Of a stretch of DNA of 64,000 bases, positions 47,440 to 58,800 are shown piece after piece. Under the pieces are notes generated by a model, which had not been told where the DNA came from, ran no database searches, and worked only from the letters and a program-made list of their open reading frames with translations. Made by a program: the position numbers and the translations under genes. This DNA is from Polyangiaceae bacterium (lineage in GTDB: Bacteria; Myxococcota_A; Polyangia; Polyangiales; Polyangiaceae). The DNA lies in contig JBNKBE010000001.1 in the NCBI GenBank assembly GCA_050287085.1, positions 1-64,000 of the forward strand, read 5' to 3'. The stretch's first letter is position 1; each line of letters starts with the position of its first letter.

Positions 47440-48737
47440 TGACGAAACGCCACGCTGCCCGCCCCAAGTTCGCACCTGGAAGGGACACATCCCGACAGTC
47501 GCGAGTTGGCATTCACGGCTTCACGCTGATCGAGCTACTCGTCACCATGACGGGTGCCATCATCGTCTCGATCACGTTGTTTACGCTGGCGCGTTTCACA
47601 ACGAAAGTGCACCAAGGGGAATCCCACGTTGCGACTGCGACTCTCGGCAATATCATCGGCTTCGAGCGACTGCGTGCGGACATCGCCCGCGCTGGCAATA
47701 TGGCCTCTCCCCATGTGCGACGCGACCCATTCATATGTGGCGAGCCAGTAGCCGGAGGCTGGCCAAACCAGCTGGGGGCCATGACGTCCATTCGCGTGGA
47801 GCAGACGCCCTTGACTCAGTTGCCCGATCTCTTCGCCGGCAATGGCCTAGCACCCCAAGAACTCACCCTCGCTGGTAACTTCTTGACGAGCTCAAGCTTC
47901 GCGGTCGCCGTCATCAATCACGTGGGTACCAGCTATCAAGTCGTGTTGCAGCAAAACCAGCGGGCCCTGGCGGACGTTGGGTACTTTGCCGGAGGAGCGG
48001 ATCGGGCTGCAGTGCTGTCCTCCGTATTTCCCGCTGGGCGCGCCGTCCGAATCGTCGACGAAACAGGAAAGCATCATTACGCAACAATCCGAGGTGTGAG
48101 CGTTGTAGCGGCACCTACGGTCGTGCTTGAAGATAGCAAGCCCGCGTTGCAAGAAACCGGTGGCGCACTCGGTTGTGGTATCGACATGGGGAGCACGGGT
48201 CTCGTCCGCACCGAGATTAACCCGGTGCAATTCATCCGCTATAGAATTGGCGACCTGCGAGGCGTTGCGCGCTTCGCGCCCGTCTATGCTGGCGGCCCAG
48301 GCCCCGACTACGAAGCCGACCGCACGGAGCTCATTCGAGAAGAGCTCGACGTCGACGGCGCGCCCATCGCTGGCACTCAGGAGTTGATCGCAGAATACGC
48401 GGTCGACTTACATTTCGGGCTTACCGTGGCGCCCACGACGGAAACCTCCTTGCAGTACATTGGGCGCAACGCGTTGGCGGGCTGGGTCGGCGATCCCACG
48501 GCCGCTGGCGGGATTTCGGCCGGACAAGGGCCACAGCTCGTGCGTGCGGTCAATGCAGCGTTCAGCGTGCGCTCCTTCGATGCGGATCGACTCAGCGACA
48601 TCCCCCGTCCCAACGACTCCGTTCGCTATCGCATCGGATTGGCCACCGACGGGAGTGGGGGGCCTCCTTTCGCTCGCGTCATCACGTCCCAGGCCCGCAT
48701 CTCAATTCCCAATCACGAACGCCAGAACTGGCAGTAG
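47436..48737 (+). CDS. Type IV minor pilin, PilW-like
   Basis: ATGA overlap; G|FTLIELLV; LRADIARAG; ELIAEYAVDLHF. Confidence 0.82.
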   Translation: MMTKRHAARPKFAPGRDTSRQSRVGIHGFTLIELLVTMTGAIIVSITLFTLARFTTKVHQGESHVATATLGNIIGFERLRADIARAGNMASPHVRRDPFICGEPVAGGWPNQLGAMTSIRVEQTPLTQLPDLFAGNGLAPQELTLAGNFLTSSSFAVAVINHVGTSYQVVLQQNQRALADVGYFAGGADRAAVLSSVFPAGRAVRIVDETGKHHYATIRGVSVVAAPTVVLEDSKPALQETGGALGCGIDMGSTGLVRTEINPVQFIRYRIGDLRGVARFAPVYAGGPGPDYEADRTELIREELDVDGAPIAGTQELIAEYAVDLHFGLTVAPTTETSLQYIGRNALAGWVGDPTAAGGISAGQGPQLVRAVNAAFSVRSFDADRLSDIPRPNDSVRYRIGLATDGSGGPPFARVITSQARISIPNHERQNWQ

Positions 48738-48741
48738 CAGC

Positions 48742-49455
48742 ATGAAAAGCAGTCCAGCCCTCTTCCCAGCGTGCCGCAGTCAGCGGCTCCATGAGGCCAC
48801 CAAGCTCGCCCGCGCTCTCCGTCGCAAGCGTCGTCAACGAGGCTCGGCACTCTTTCTCGTGGTGATGGTGACCACGCTTCTGACAGCAGTCGGGCTCTAT
48901 TCGATGAACAATGCGAGCCTCGCTGAACGTGCTGTCGGCAACAACGCACAAGGAATGAAGGCGGTTTATCAGGCCGAGTTTGCCGCTCGGACGTTCGCGT
49001 CAGTCCTGAACAATCGGGCCGCCGTATACGCGGCAAAGGCGCGCGATGGCTCGCAGACAAACTGTCGTTCAACCTATGCCGCCTATGTTTACAACGCCAC
49101 GCTGACAGCGGGACAACGAAAGATTCCGACGCACTGCTTTTCTCAAGAGACCTCCGAGCTCTTCGGAGGGCTGCAGTTTGCGGCCAACGTGGGTAGCTTC
49201 GCCGATTTGCCGGGAGATCTGAGCGAAGACGGCTCTTTGGAGTCGGCCTACTTCGTCGAGATAACCGACGTGTACGAAGCGGGGATCCCAATCGCCGGAC
49301 ACAACCTCAACAGTAAGCTCAAGTACTACCGCTTCACACTGGCAGCGGAAGCACAGGTGCGTCCGATTCTTCCCGCTGATGCAGATCCCATTGCAGCGTT
49401 GAACGCATCATCGGTCCAACGCGTCCGCGGCCAAGGCGTATTCGGCCCATTCTAG
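48742..49455 (+). CDS. Type IV minor pilin, PilX-like
   Basis: RQRG|SALFLVVMV (no Glu5), AVYQAE; position before pilY1. Confidence 0.75.
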   Translation: MKSSPALFPACRSQRLHEATKLARALRRKRRQRGSALFLVVMVTTLLTAVGLYSMNNASLAERAVGNNAQGMKAVYQAEFAARTFASVLNNRAAVYAAKARDGSQTNCRSTYAAYVYNATLTAGQRKIPTHCFSQETSELFGGLQFAANVGSFADLPGDLSEDGSLESAYFVEITDVYEAGIPIAGHNLNSKLKYYRFTLAAEAQVRPILPADADPIAALNASSVQRVRGQGVFGPF

Positions 49456-49466
49456 TGAGAACGACC

Positions 49467-52400
49467 ATGAAGCATTCGAAAACGACTCGCCCCGCACTGC
49501 TACTTCCCTGCGCCCTGCTCACCGGAGTCGCCACGCTCACGGCCTCATCAGCGCGAGCGCAAACCGATATCGAGAAGCCCCTTCCCAACGTTCTGCTGCT
49601 AGTAGACACCTCGGGCTCAATGGAGTTCACGACCAACGCCAATGTTCACCCGATATGCAACCCTGGTAACCCGAGTGCAACCAACGAGAAATCTCGCTGG
49701 ATCGATCTCGTGGAAGTCATGACGGGGTCGTTTCGTGACTACAGTTGCTTCGCCCAAGACCGATCGAGCGTGGGTTTCAAGACTGAGTTCGCCATCAATG
49801 GTCTGACGCCCTACGATTTTGGCTACATCAACCCCTATCACCGGCCCCTTAGCGGTGACTGTCTCGTGGGCCCCGGAGTGTTGCCCCCCTCTTCCGACCC
49901 GTTCTCTTATCCGGCGAAGGGAATCAACACCTTCTCTTTCTCAGCCCCCAACGTCGTAAGCCGTCCCGGGGACTTGACCACCTTCTCGGGCTGTGCCGCC
50001 TTCTCACAAGCTCAGGACGGACTGCTGGACATCTTCAAGGACAAGGTGCGCTTCGGATTGATGACGTTTGACACGCACGTCAGCGCGGGCACCGGCTTGG
50101 TGGGCAGCAACGCCGATTGGGCCAACGGCATGTCCGGTGCCTGGAGCTACTACGGAGGGCTATCCCCGGTCACCGGTCGCCCCGCAGGCTGCGAGACAAT
50201 GCAGACGCAGGAGGTCGGCGCGCGCAACGCAGCCGCTCCGCCATGGGAGGGCCGCATGGTAGCGTTTGGCAGCCCCAATGCCACAGGCCCCGAGCTAGAG
50301 CAGCGCAACGGCTACATTCAAGATGTCCTGCTTGCGACCCGCCCCTACGGAGCCACGCCGATTGCAGGCTTGCTCGACGACGCCCGGCGTTTTCTCTGGC
50401 AAGACGATACGCCCGACCCACTTTCGACGGGCACCCCTGTCGACGACTTTGGTCCCAAAGACGATCCGCAGACGCGCGCCGCCAACTGCCGTCGCAATAT
50501 CATCGTATTGCTCAGCGACGGCGAACCCAATTTGGACCTTCGACCACACTGTGAAGACACCGCGGCGGGGGGCGTTTGCCCCTACCAACGCCCCGAAGAC
50601 ATCGCCTACGCGCTACGACACAACCCGCTCAACGATCCGGATCAATACGTCGAGGTTGTGGTGATCGGCTTTGCCCTCGCCCGTGTGTCGCCCGGCGGCG
50701 GCCCCGAGATTGGCTGCGAGCAGCTCGACGCGTCCGCTTGCGCTACCTACCCCGACGATCGAGCTGTGCAAGCGTGCTGCACACTGAACAAGATTGCCGC
50801 TGCCGGAGGCTCGGCCATGTCCGATGGCAGCGCACGCAAGGCCTATTTCCCACAGACACGGCAAGAGCTACGCAGAACCTTCTCGGCCATCTTGAGCGAT
50901 CTGACCAATTCGTTGACCACTCGCACATCGACCGTGTTCAGCACCGTGTCAACGACCAGCATCGGGCGAGTGGAGCAATACGCCTCGGGCTTCGTGCCCG
51001 TCGCGGAAGAGCCGTGGCGCGGCAAGCTAACGAGAACACGCATCGAGTGCGAGAACGGGACCCCGGTTGAGCGCGCGGTCGATCGCACCGCCGGTGACGA
51101 CTTCGCCGCCAACGTCAACTCGGCCGCACCTACGACGAGAAAGTTCTTCACATTCATTCCAACGGATGTAGCAACCAAGGCGCGAGAAACGCTCCGTCCC
51201 AACGGAAGCGACGCGGACGGCCTGGGTGCCAAAACGGGCGACACCACGACGGGGCTGTCCCCCACCGCATTGGTAGACGCGGTCTCGGCAGAGCTGATGG
51301 AAGCATCCGGGTCCGACTGCGCAACGGGCACAACGTTGGGGTGCAAGCAAGCAGTGCTTGGCTGGACGGTAGGGCTGACCAATAGCGAGGGCGAGAGTCG
51401 GTGCTCAAACCCGGGTGCCGCAGACTGCAGCCTGCTCGGCGCCGTCTACCATTCTACGCCTCAGCTGGTACCAGGTAAACCGGACGCTGGAATTCGCGAC
51501 GAATCATACGAGGCCTTTGCTACCATGCAGGCCCGGGCGGAGCGGCCAAGCGTGCTCTACACCTCGACCATCGACGGCATGTTGCACGCATTCAAGACCG
51601 GGCCTCATACCCCGGGCGGCACAGGCGAAGTCAACACACTTGCTAACAACGAGCTCTGGTCCTTCTTGCCCCCAGCCGTACTCCCACTGCTGCCCGTGCA
51701 ATACCCCAACACGCCGGCGACACTGCTCGACGGAACCCCCGTGATCGCAGATGTGCCCAAGGAGGGAACTGCCTTCACGCGCTCGGGCTCGGCGCCCTCC
51801 GCCACAGCTACCTGGGCGACCGTGCTGGTACAAGGCTTTGGCAATGGTCAGATCGATGGGGGGTATTTCGCCCTCGACGTCACCCTCCCCGACACTCCGG
51901 CAGACGGCACCCTAGGCGCTGGGGGACCGAAGCTCTTATGGCAGCTAACGCGGGACGCTGCGAACAACCGCCTCTTCGGCAACGGCGGCACCCCGCTTGT
52001 CACCAACGTATACGCCAGGCCCCAAGGCTCGCTCGAAACGAAGCAAATTGCGGTAGCAGTACTGCCAGGAGGTGAACTCGGTTCGCGCTCCGGCACTGCC
52101 GTCGGACCTGGCCCCTTCCTATCTCCGCTCTCAATCGACCCCGCGTTTCAACCGGGCAACGTAAGCAGCTACACGGGCTCGGTCGAGGCGCGAACCTTGA
52201 CGATCGTCCGACTCGACACCGGGGAAATCTTGCGGACCTTCCGCTCGGAAGCCCCCACCAATGCCATCAGCGCTAGCGTCACCACGATCGTCGATATCCC
52301 AGCGCCGCTTTCGGGTGTACCCGCTGCCTTCCCCGGCAGCCCGGGTACGTCGGCCGATCGCATCTTTGTGGGGGACGCTGAAGGACGGGTGTGGCGTGTC

Positions 52401-53204
52401 GATGTCTCCAATAAGGATCCCGCGGCGTGGACGATGAAGGTATTTGCCGATGCCTACGTTGGCATTTCCGACCCGCAGAAGCGCCAACCGATTCAGACGG
52501 CGCCCGTGCTGAGCATCGACGACTTGGGTCGTGTGACGCTGGCGGTCGCTACTGGCGATCAGGGTATTCAGACCGTGGGCACAGACATGCTCAATCGCGT
52601 CATATCCGTCACGGAAGTCCAGGACGACACCCACGCTTTCCGGACGCAATACAACTGGATCCAGTCGCTTGGATGCGCTGGAACCTGCGGCGTCGATCAA
52701 TACATCGGGGAACGCGTCACGGGGCCCCTGACGCTCTTCGGTGGCACCTTGTACTTTGCAACGAGTAGCCCGGGGCAAGCGTCGACATCCACTTGCAACG
52801 TTGGTACGTCGCGGATCTGGGGTGTGCACTACACGCGCAACGCCGATGAGGCGGCAGCAAACCCCACAATCGACCCATTCAATGGTCCGGCAGGTCAGCT
52901 ACCGTCGGCTTCGACCCCGCTACCCAAGGCGCTACCGCCCGAAGACGGCATCATTTTCGGCGTGGGGATCCAACAACAACCCACCTGCGCATCCGTTTCA
53001 GAGACATTTAGCGGTGACCCATACCTAGGCGGCTACGGCACTCATCATACGTTTACAGACGTGACCCCTGGAAGCTTTCAACTCGTCTACCAAGTAGGTG
53101 GCGTGACCGCAGCAACCGAAAGCAAAGTCACGACAAACGCGGTAACGCTTCAACCGCCCAAGACGCCGGTCTTCTTCAACTCATGGTCGCGGGTTTACGA
53201 ATGA
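49467..53204 (+). CDS. pilY1: PilY1/PilC-like pilus tip adhesin with N-terminal vWA domain
   Basis: Signal peptide; PNVLLLVDTSGSM MIDAS, GATPIA, LLSDGEP; LGAVYHSTP, DGMLHAF, ELWSFLPP, LDGTP, YFALDVT, VGDAEGRVWRVD propeller motifs. Confidence 0.87.
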   Translation: MKHSKTTRPALLLPCALLTGVATLTASSARAQTDIEKPLPNVLLLVDTSGSMEFTTNANVHPICNPGNPSATNEKSRWIDLVEVMTGSFRDYSCFAQDRSSVGFKTEFAINGLTPYDFGYINPYHRPLSGDCLVGPGVLPPSSDPFSYPAKGINTFSFSAPNVVSRPGDLTTFSGCAAFSQAQDGLLDIFKDKVRFGLMTFDTHVSAGTGLVGSNADWANGMSGAWSYYGGLSPVTGRPAGCETMQTQEVGARNAAAPPWEGRMVAFGSPNATGPELEQRNGYIQDVLLATRPYGATPIAGLLDDARRFLWQDDTPDPLSTGTPVDDFGPKDDPQTRAANCRRNIIVLLSDGEPNLDLRPHCEDTAAGGVCPYQRPEDIAYALRHNPLNDPDQYVEVVVIGFALARVSPGGGPEIGCEQLDASACATYPDDRAVQACCTLNKIAAAGGSAMSDGSARKAYFPQTRQELRRTFSAILSDLTNSLTTRTSTVFSTVSTTSIGRVEQYASGFVPVAEEPWRGKLTRTRIECENGTPVERAVDRTAGDDFAANVNSAAPTTRKFFTFIPTDVATKARETLRPNGSDADGLGAKTGDTTTGLSPTALVDAVSAELMEASGSDCATGTTLGCKQAVLGWTVGLTNSEGESRCSNPGAADCSLLGAVYHSTPQLVPGKPDAGIRDESYEAFATMQARAERPSVLYTSTIDGMLHAFKTGPHTPGGTGEVNTLANNELWSFLPPAVLPLLPVQYPNTPATLLDGTPVIADVPKEGTAFTRSGSAPSATATWATVLVQGFGNGQIDGGYFALDVTLPDTPADGTLGAGGPKLLWQLTRDAANNRLFGNGGTPLVTNVYARPQGSLETKQIAVAVLPGGELGSRSGTAVGPGPFLSPLSIDPAFQPGNVSSYTGSVEARTLTIVRLDTGEILRTFRSEAPTNAISASVTTIVDIPAPLSGVPAAFPGSPGTSADRIFVGDAEGRVWRVDVSNKDPAAWTMKVFADAYVGISDPQKRQPIQTAPVLSIDDLGRVTLAVATGDQGIQTVGTDMLNRVISVTEVQDDTHAFRTQYNWIQSLGCAGTCGVDQYIGERVTGPLTLFGGTLYFATSSPGQASTSTCNVGTSRIWGVHYTRNADEAAANPTIDPFNGPAGQLPSASTPLPKALPPEDGIIFGVGIQQQPTCASVSETFSGDPYLGGYGTHHTFTDVTPGSFQLVYQVGGVTAATESKVTTNAVTLQPPKTPVFFNSWSRVYE

Positions 53205-53707
53205 ACAGGTTCTGGTTGGCGGCGTGGCTCACCGCGGTCGGCATGACCGCGTGCGACCAGGACACATCCCAGCAGCTCGAACGCCGGGCGAAGGACCTGC
53301 GCGGTGCCGATCGCATCCACTCCGATGAGCCACGCCCCGGACGCGAGAAGGTGTTTGCGTTGGATGTTCCCCCCGAGCTCAAGGTGACGGCCCGATTTGC
53401 CGACCGCGCTCAACTCAGCGCGCGTCTGCCCCTGGCGGACGTCAGCGCCTTGATTCAGGAACAGCTCACGAGCGGGCCACCACACCTAGAAGGAAACAGC
53501 CTGGTCTTCTCCGCGGCGCGCTTCAAGAATGACTCAGACAAGCGACAGTATCGCATCGTTGTCACGGAGCGCCTCGGACGCTGCGACGTGCTGCTGGCCG
53601 ACGAAACGCCCCCTCCTGTCACCCAGGGTCTGAGCAATGAGGAGCGCTGGCAGCGCGCCGGACGCAATCCCGACGGTACCCAGAAGAACCGCCTGCAGAT
53701 CTACTAG
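53201..53707 (+). CDS. Hypothetical lipoprotein translationally coupled to pilY1
   Basis: ATGA overlap; MNRFWLAAWLTAVGMTAC lipobox. Confidence 0.75.
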   Translation: MNRFWLAAWLTAVGMTACDQDTSQQLERRAKDLRGADRIHSDEPRPGREKVFALDVPPELKVTARFADRAQLSARLPLADVSALIQEQLTSGPPHLEGNSLVFSAARFKNDSDKRQYRIVVTERLGRCDVLLADETPPPVTQGLSNEERWQRAGRNPDGTQKNRLQIY

Positions 53708-53846
53708 GCAGCCTGCTGACCGAAACACAGCCCCCAATAGACAACAGGCGACTCCCTGAGCCGCCTGTTGTTTCAGAACGTCCACCTCGAGGACGTCAGA
53801 AGCCCGATGACCCGCGCCGTGGCCGGCACCGGGCTTCTTGCCGATA

Positions 53847-54992
53847 CTACATGCCCGCGCCGCCCGCTTCGACAGCGCCAGCCGCGCCGCCTTCACCAGC
53901 CGCGCCGCCTTCACCTGCTGCGCCGCCTTCACCAGCCGCGCCGCCCGCGCCAGCCGCGCCGCCCGCGCCAGCTGCGCCGCCTTCACCTGCTGCGCCGCCT
54001 GCGCCAGCTGCGCCGCCTGCGCCACCCGCGCCGCCTGCTCCGCCTGCGCCGCCATTGGGGTCAACCAGCGGCGTCAACGCAACCGGCGCGCCGTTTGCGT
54101 CAACCCACTGCAAGTTGCTGATGCAAAACTCGTAGGGAGCGGAAGTCTCGGTAGCATTGTCCGCCTGGAAGATGAGCGTCCTGATCTTCGATGTATCGAA
54201 GACCGTGTCCTTGGGTGGATCCCCCTCGTTCCACCCGGGTTGGCTGAACTCGCTGAACATCGCCGTCACCGTCTCATCTTTGGTGGAGGCTTTGGGCGCG
54301 CTGCCACCGCGTACAAACGGGTGCTTCTCGAAGTCGTAGGTGCCGTCGCTCACGGTGCCAATTTGGACGCGAACGGCGCGTGCGTACTTGCCAGCAGCGT
54401 CCAAGGTGCAGCTTTCAACGTCGAACTTCACGCCGGCAACCCCTGCCGCGTCCGCATCAAATGCCACGTCCCCCGCCGCCATCTGCGCGCCGAGCAGGGC
54501 GCCCCAATTGGCATAGGTCATGTCGCTCGCGTCCGCGGCCACGCCGTAGAGACACACCTTGCCGGCCTCTGGGGACTCAGCGCAGCGTGTTGTTGCCGGA
54601 TCACCCGCGCCAAAAGTAGCCGTAACCCCGGTGTCGGCACCAAAGGCCGAAGCGTCCACGCTAACGACGTCTTCGCCCGTGTCGGCGCACGACGCGTGAG
54701 TGTATGGGCTGGTGCACGCGGGTGCGGGCGGCGCGCCCGCGGCTCCGCCACCAGCGCTGCCTGCCGTATTGCCCGTGCCCCCGGAGTTGGTGCCCGCAAT
54801 CGGAGCACCGCCGCTGGCGCCGCCGAGATTTGCCCCGCCGCTTGCCCCGGCGGCAGCCCCACCCGCGCCTCCGCCGTTGTTGTTATTCGGGGTGTTGCCG
54901 TCATCGCTGCAGCCGCTGAAGACAAGCGAGGCCGCCAATGCGCCGGTGGCGAGCACCGTCAGTTTTCCAAACCCAATTTCAACACTTTTCAT
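53847..54992 (-). CDS. Gly/Ala-rich lipoprotein with a central carbohydrate-binding-like (CBM11/CIA30-like) beta-sandwich
   Basis: GGAGGA RBS; FSGC lipobox; WGALLG..FDA..GVKF, FSEFSQPGW, FDTSKI..FQ..YEFCISNL; 18-bp GGAAG(E/A) repeats at the C-terminus. Confidence 0.7.
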   Translation of the reverse strand: MKSVEIGFGKLTVLATGALAASLVFSGCSDDGNTPNNNNGGGAGGAAAGASGGANLGGASGGAPIAGTNSGGTGNTAGSAGGGAAGAPPAPACTSPYTHASCADTGEDVVSVDASAFGADTGVTATFGAGDPATTRCAESPEAGKVCLYGVAADASDMTYANWGALLGAQMAAGDVAFDADAAGVAGVKFDVESCTLDAAGKYARAVRVQIGTVSDGTYDFEKHPFVRGGSAPKASTKDETVTAMFSEFSQPGWNEGDPPKDTVFDTSKIRTLIFQADNATETSAPYEFCISNLQWVDANGAPVALTPLVDPNGGAGGAGGAGGAGGAAGAGGAAGEGGAAGAGGAAGAGGAAGEGGAAGEGGAAGEGGAAGAVEAGGAGM

Positions 54993-55143
54993 GATTAAGT
55001 TATCCTCCGAATAGCCCACGATCTGCCGGAGCCGCTGAATGCGGAACGTTAGCACGATGGCTGAAGTGCTGGATGCACCACCGTCGGGCGCCGAGCTGCT
55101 TCGGCCACGGAGCTTGTTTACGCAACGCTAGCCCGGAAGCGTC

Positions 55144-55734
55144 TCACACGCGCTCGAAACAGAGACAAAAATTGTTGGCGGGCATGGCGATCCGCTGTCG
55201 CAGTACAAAACCGCTCCGCTCCGCCTCAGCGCGAACATCCCCTAGATCGCGCACGCCCCATTCTGGGTTCCGGCCGATCAACCATTGCTCGAATTGCTCA
55301 TTGCTGGGCGCCGTATGCAGGCCATCGATGCGATAGGGACCGTAGGTCACGAGCGGCGCGCCCGATACCAACACGCGGGCGGCCCCCGAGAACAAGCCGT
55401 GGCAGGCGGCCCACGGCGCAATATGCAACATATTGGCGCAGAAAAGCGCATCAAAGCGAGCCGCGGGCCACTCTCCGCAGACGTCGAGCCGGAGCGGCTC
55501 CGCTATGTTGGGCAACCCGGCCTCTAGACTCCACTCCCGGATGCTCGCCAGGGCTTCCTCGGTCGGATCCGACGGTTGCCAGCGCCAACCCGGCTCCTGG
55601 GCAGCCATAAAGACCGCGTGCTGACCACTGCCGGAGGCAACCTCCAGAACTTGCCCTCGGGCAGGAAAGACCTGGCGCAGGACTTCAAGAATGGGTTCGC
55701 GGTTTCGCTCGGTCGCGGGCGCGTGCTGACGCAT
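55144..55734 (-). CDS. DUF938 family SAM-dependent methyltransferase
   Basis: APATERNREPIL, VLEVASGSGQHA, WQPSD, NMLHI, YGPY, MPANN. Confidence 0.9.
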   Translation of the reverse strand: MRQHAPATERNREPILEVLRQVFPARGQVLEVASGSGQHAVFMAAQEPGWRWQPSDPTEEALASIREWSLEAGLPNIAEPLRLDVCGEWPAARFDALFCANMLHIAPWAACHGLFSGAARVLVSGAPLVTYGPYRIDGLHTAPSNEQFEQWLIGRNPEWGVRDLGDVRAEAERSGFVLRQRIAMPANNFCLCFERV

Positions 55735-55838
55735 TCAAACACGATAGCAGACCCCCATTGAACGCAAGCACCCGATCTCAATGTTCCCCCGCTCCGGCAC
55801 CCCCTTCTCCCTTGTACTGCCCCCCGAGCCGGGACGCC

Positions 55839-58800
55839 CTAGAACTCGCGGCAATCGCCGTAGGCGCTCTCGCTCCGGAAAGGATGGGGCCGCGCTTGTT
55901 TGAATACGAGTCGTCGGCGGGGCTCATCAACCAGCTTGAACTCGCTCTCGATGGCAAACCACGGGTCACGGCGCTCTGGGTCCAGCTTCGGGCGAAACCA
56001 GTTGTGAAAGGTCTGCAGCGCACACGCAAGCGCCTCGACCTCATCAAAGCTGAGTACGTGCTCGCCGTGTTGCAACAGCGCGGGCAGCAGAGAGCTGCTT
56101 GATTCGTAGAGGATCCGCGGAGTGCGACGCCATTGGTACAGCAGTTGCTCCGTAGTAACACCCGGCGCCGGATTGGTGACGCTAGCCTCCCCGGCCTGCA
56201 CATTGACGTAGTAGATGTCGCCGCGAATCGGATCGAGGACGTTGCGACTGACCCCTACGCCATTGGCCGCCTCCGAGAGAAACGCGCCGTGAATGAGCAC
56301 CCCCATGGCAACACTGGTATTGTCGACGCCACCATAGACGCGCTCATCAAACGCGCGCGGGTTCCACAAGCTCGCCCACACCGTTCGCAACGCATCGTCC
56401 ACGCGGCGCCCGTTGTCCCCCACTTGCGCGCTGGTTGACGTGTAGAGTCCTGCTCCGTTGAAGGTCGGCAGATCTTCGGTATTGCTACTGCTGCGGAAAC
56501 GGACGCGTGCCTCGCCGAAGTGCTCGGCCACCGCCTGTTCTAAAGACGAGAGCAACTCGGCGTCGACGGGATGCTTCAGGATGCGCTCCTGGAGCAGCAA
56601 GAGCTGCTCCGCCCGCGCCAGCGGATCGCTTCCAAAGGCCGCGTCCGACTCGAGCTCCCGGAGCAAAGCTTCTGCGCCGCTGGTGCGGAAGTGCTCCAAA
56701 TAGTGAACAACCGGCACCGCAAGCGGCGACGCCGGCAAGTCCGGAAGCCCAAAGTGCACGCACTCTGCCGGCACCTTATTCACCCGCAGCAACTCCGCCA
56801 TCTGAGCGGCTTTGGCGCCGACGGCGGGCAAACTCGTCAGGTCATGCTCGCTGAGCTCCACCACACCACGCACCGTTGTATCAAGGGGAGGAACAAAGGA
56901 CGCCTGCGTTGGTCGCACCTGCTGCCAATACGCCGTCGCCGCCTCGGGTGTTGTGCGCTCGACCCTTAGCTCCGCGGAGGCAACCTCCAAGCGAACAAGC
57001 TCCCCGATGTGCTCCTGCAGCATCTCGCGAGCGTCGCGCAGCGCGGCATTGGGCGTTCCGCGGTTCATCGACAATACGTTGACGTGAGCCAGTGGCGTCT
57101 GAAAAGCCTCAGTCACGAGTCCGCCGACGAAGGGGATGTCGTTCGGCACATCGTCGGTGAGGAGAATGATGTCTGGCCCTAGCGACGCAGCGGAAAGCTC
57201 GGACGCGGGCACGAAGCGCAGCGTGCCGTACGCAACGCCCTCGGTCAGCGGCTGGTAGGTAACCCCAACAAAAGGGGCGTTCGGTGCCACGATCGGCGCC
57301 TGAGCCCCTTGCCCTTGGAGCTGCGCCACCTGTGCGTCATCTTGGGGGCGTAGCACCCAGCGCGTGGGGTCCAGGGTATGGGGCAGCACCGACCAATAAG
57401 CTCTCACCATTTGGTCCCCGTTGATCTTATCGCCGAAGGCGTATTCCACGGCGGAGATGTCGGCCCCCCCATGAAGAGACAAGGTACCCAGCAGGAAACG
57501 GCGCGCATCCTCGGTCTCGAAGTACTCCTGCTCTGAGAACGCATACCACCCCCGGGTAAATTCCGCATTTTGCTGAGGGTCACAGCGATCGAGAGGCGGC
57601 TCGCGATAGATCTGCTCACGGATGAATGTGTAGTGAAGGGGCCAAGCCGCAGAACTGAGAAGATGCACCGCGCCCGGTGCAGCCTGGTCAAGCACGAACT
57701 TCACAGCGTCAATGCCTACGTCGGATTCACCTGCAGACAACGCCGAGAAATCGGAGGGCGTGCGCAAGTACCGAACGCGATCCCCTACGTCTCGAGAGCG
57801 AAGGGGCTCACATCGGTTTTTCTTCTGCAAGGTTTCGTTGGTGCAATAAACCCATTGCGGCTCGCCGTCGGTCGGGCGGGCGAGAAAGGTGCCTTTCGGC
57901 CAGCGCATGAAGTCCACGCGGTCGACCGAGGCGCCATCGCTCTCAAACAGTGTCGCAACACCTTCAAAAGCCGGGCTCTTGTCCAAGGATTGTAGACTCG
58001 CTTCCGGCACCGTCACCAGCGCACGCTCCCCCGGCTGCAGTTCACCCTCAGGCAGCGTCAGCTGCCCCCCCTCGGAGAGCAGCGGCCAGGCTTGGTCGGG
58101 AGCCAGGGACCGCAGTGTGAGCGCATACTCAGACAAGTCCACCGCCTTTTTGCCGGCGTTGTAGAGCTCGATGCGCGCCGGAGCGCTGCGCAGCGCAAGT
58201 TCGTTGAGCACCAAGTGTCGCGGGCGGGGGGGGTATTGCGCGGGCCAGTCAAAGGGCTCGAAAACAGCATCCGGAGGAGAGTCCAAAGGTTCCGGCGGCA
58301 GACAAGCGGGCCCATTCTTTCGCCCCGGCGAAGCGTAGCGACAGCGCAGCCAGCCCCCGTCCGACTCAAAACGCGCCCAACTTGCATTGGGCAAAAGCGC
58401 CCCAAAGCTCGTTTCATCGACGCGTGTTGATCCGTGATAGAGCAACACGCGGTCGCCCTTGGAACTCAGCTTGAAAGGAAGATGGCGCGGGCCCTGCTCC
58501 GGCTGCGAGTCAGCGAAAAGCACAATCGCTCCGCCCGGTGCTAGCGTTCTGTCGGGCAAGCTGCGACGCGCTCCGAGGCCGTCACCCAGCGCGTAGCCAG
58601 CGAGCGCAATCGAGGCCTCCCCATAGTTGGTCAGCTCGATCCAATCTTCCGCCTCTCCCCACTCGTCGATCCACGCCCCCTCGTTGTCGGCCATCAGTTC
58701 GCTCAGCCTAAGCGCAGTGGCCAGGCCGCCGTCAGCGAGCCCTCCGTCCGGAGGGGTGGACGCGTCGTTGTGCCACTGTGAGCCAGGTGCGTTGCACGCG

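Noticed and set aside
53838..54998. 386-aa plus-strand Ala/Cys/Arg-rich ORF
   Set aside because: Antisense shadow of the Gly/Ala lipoprotein, which has an RBS and lipobox
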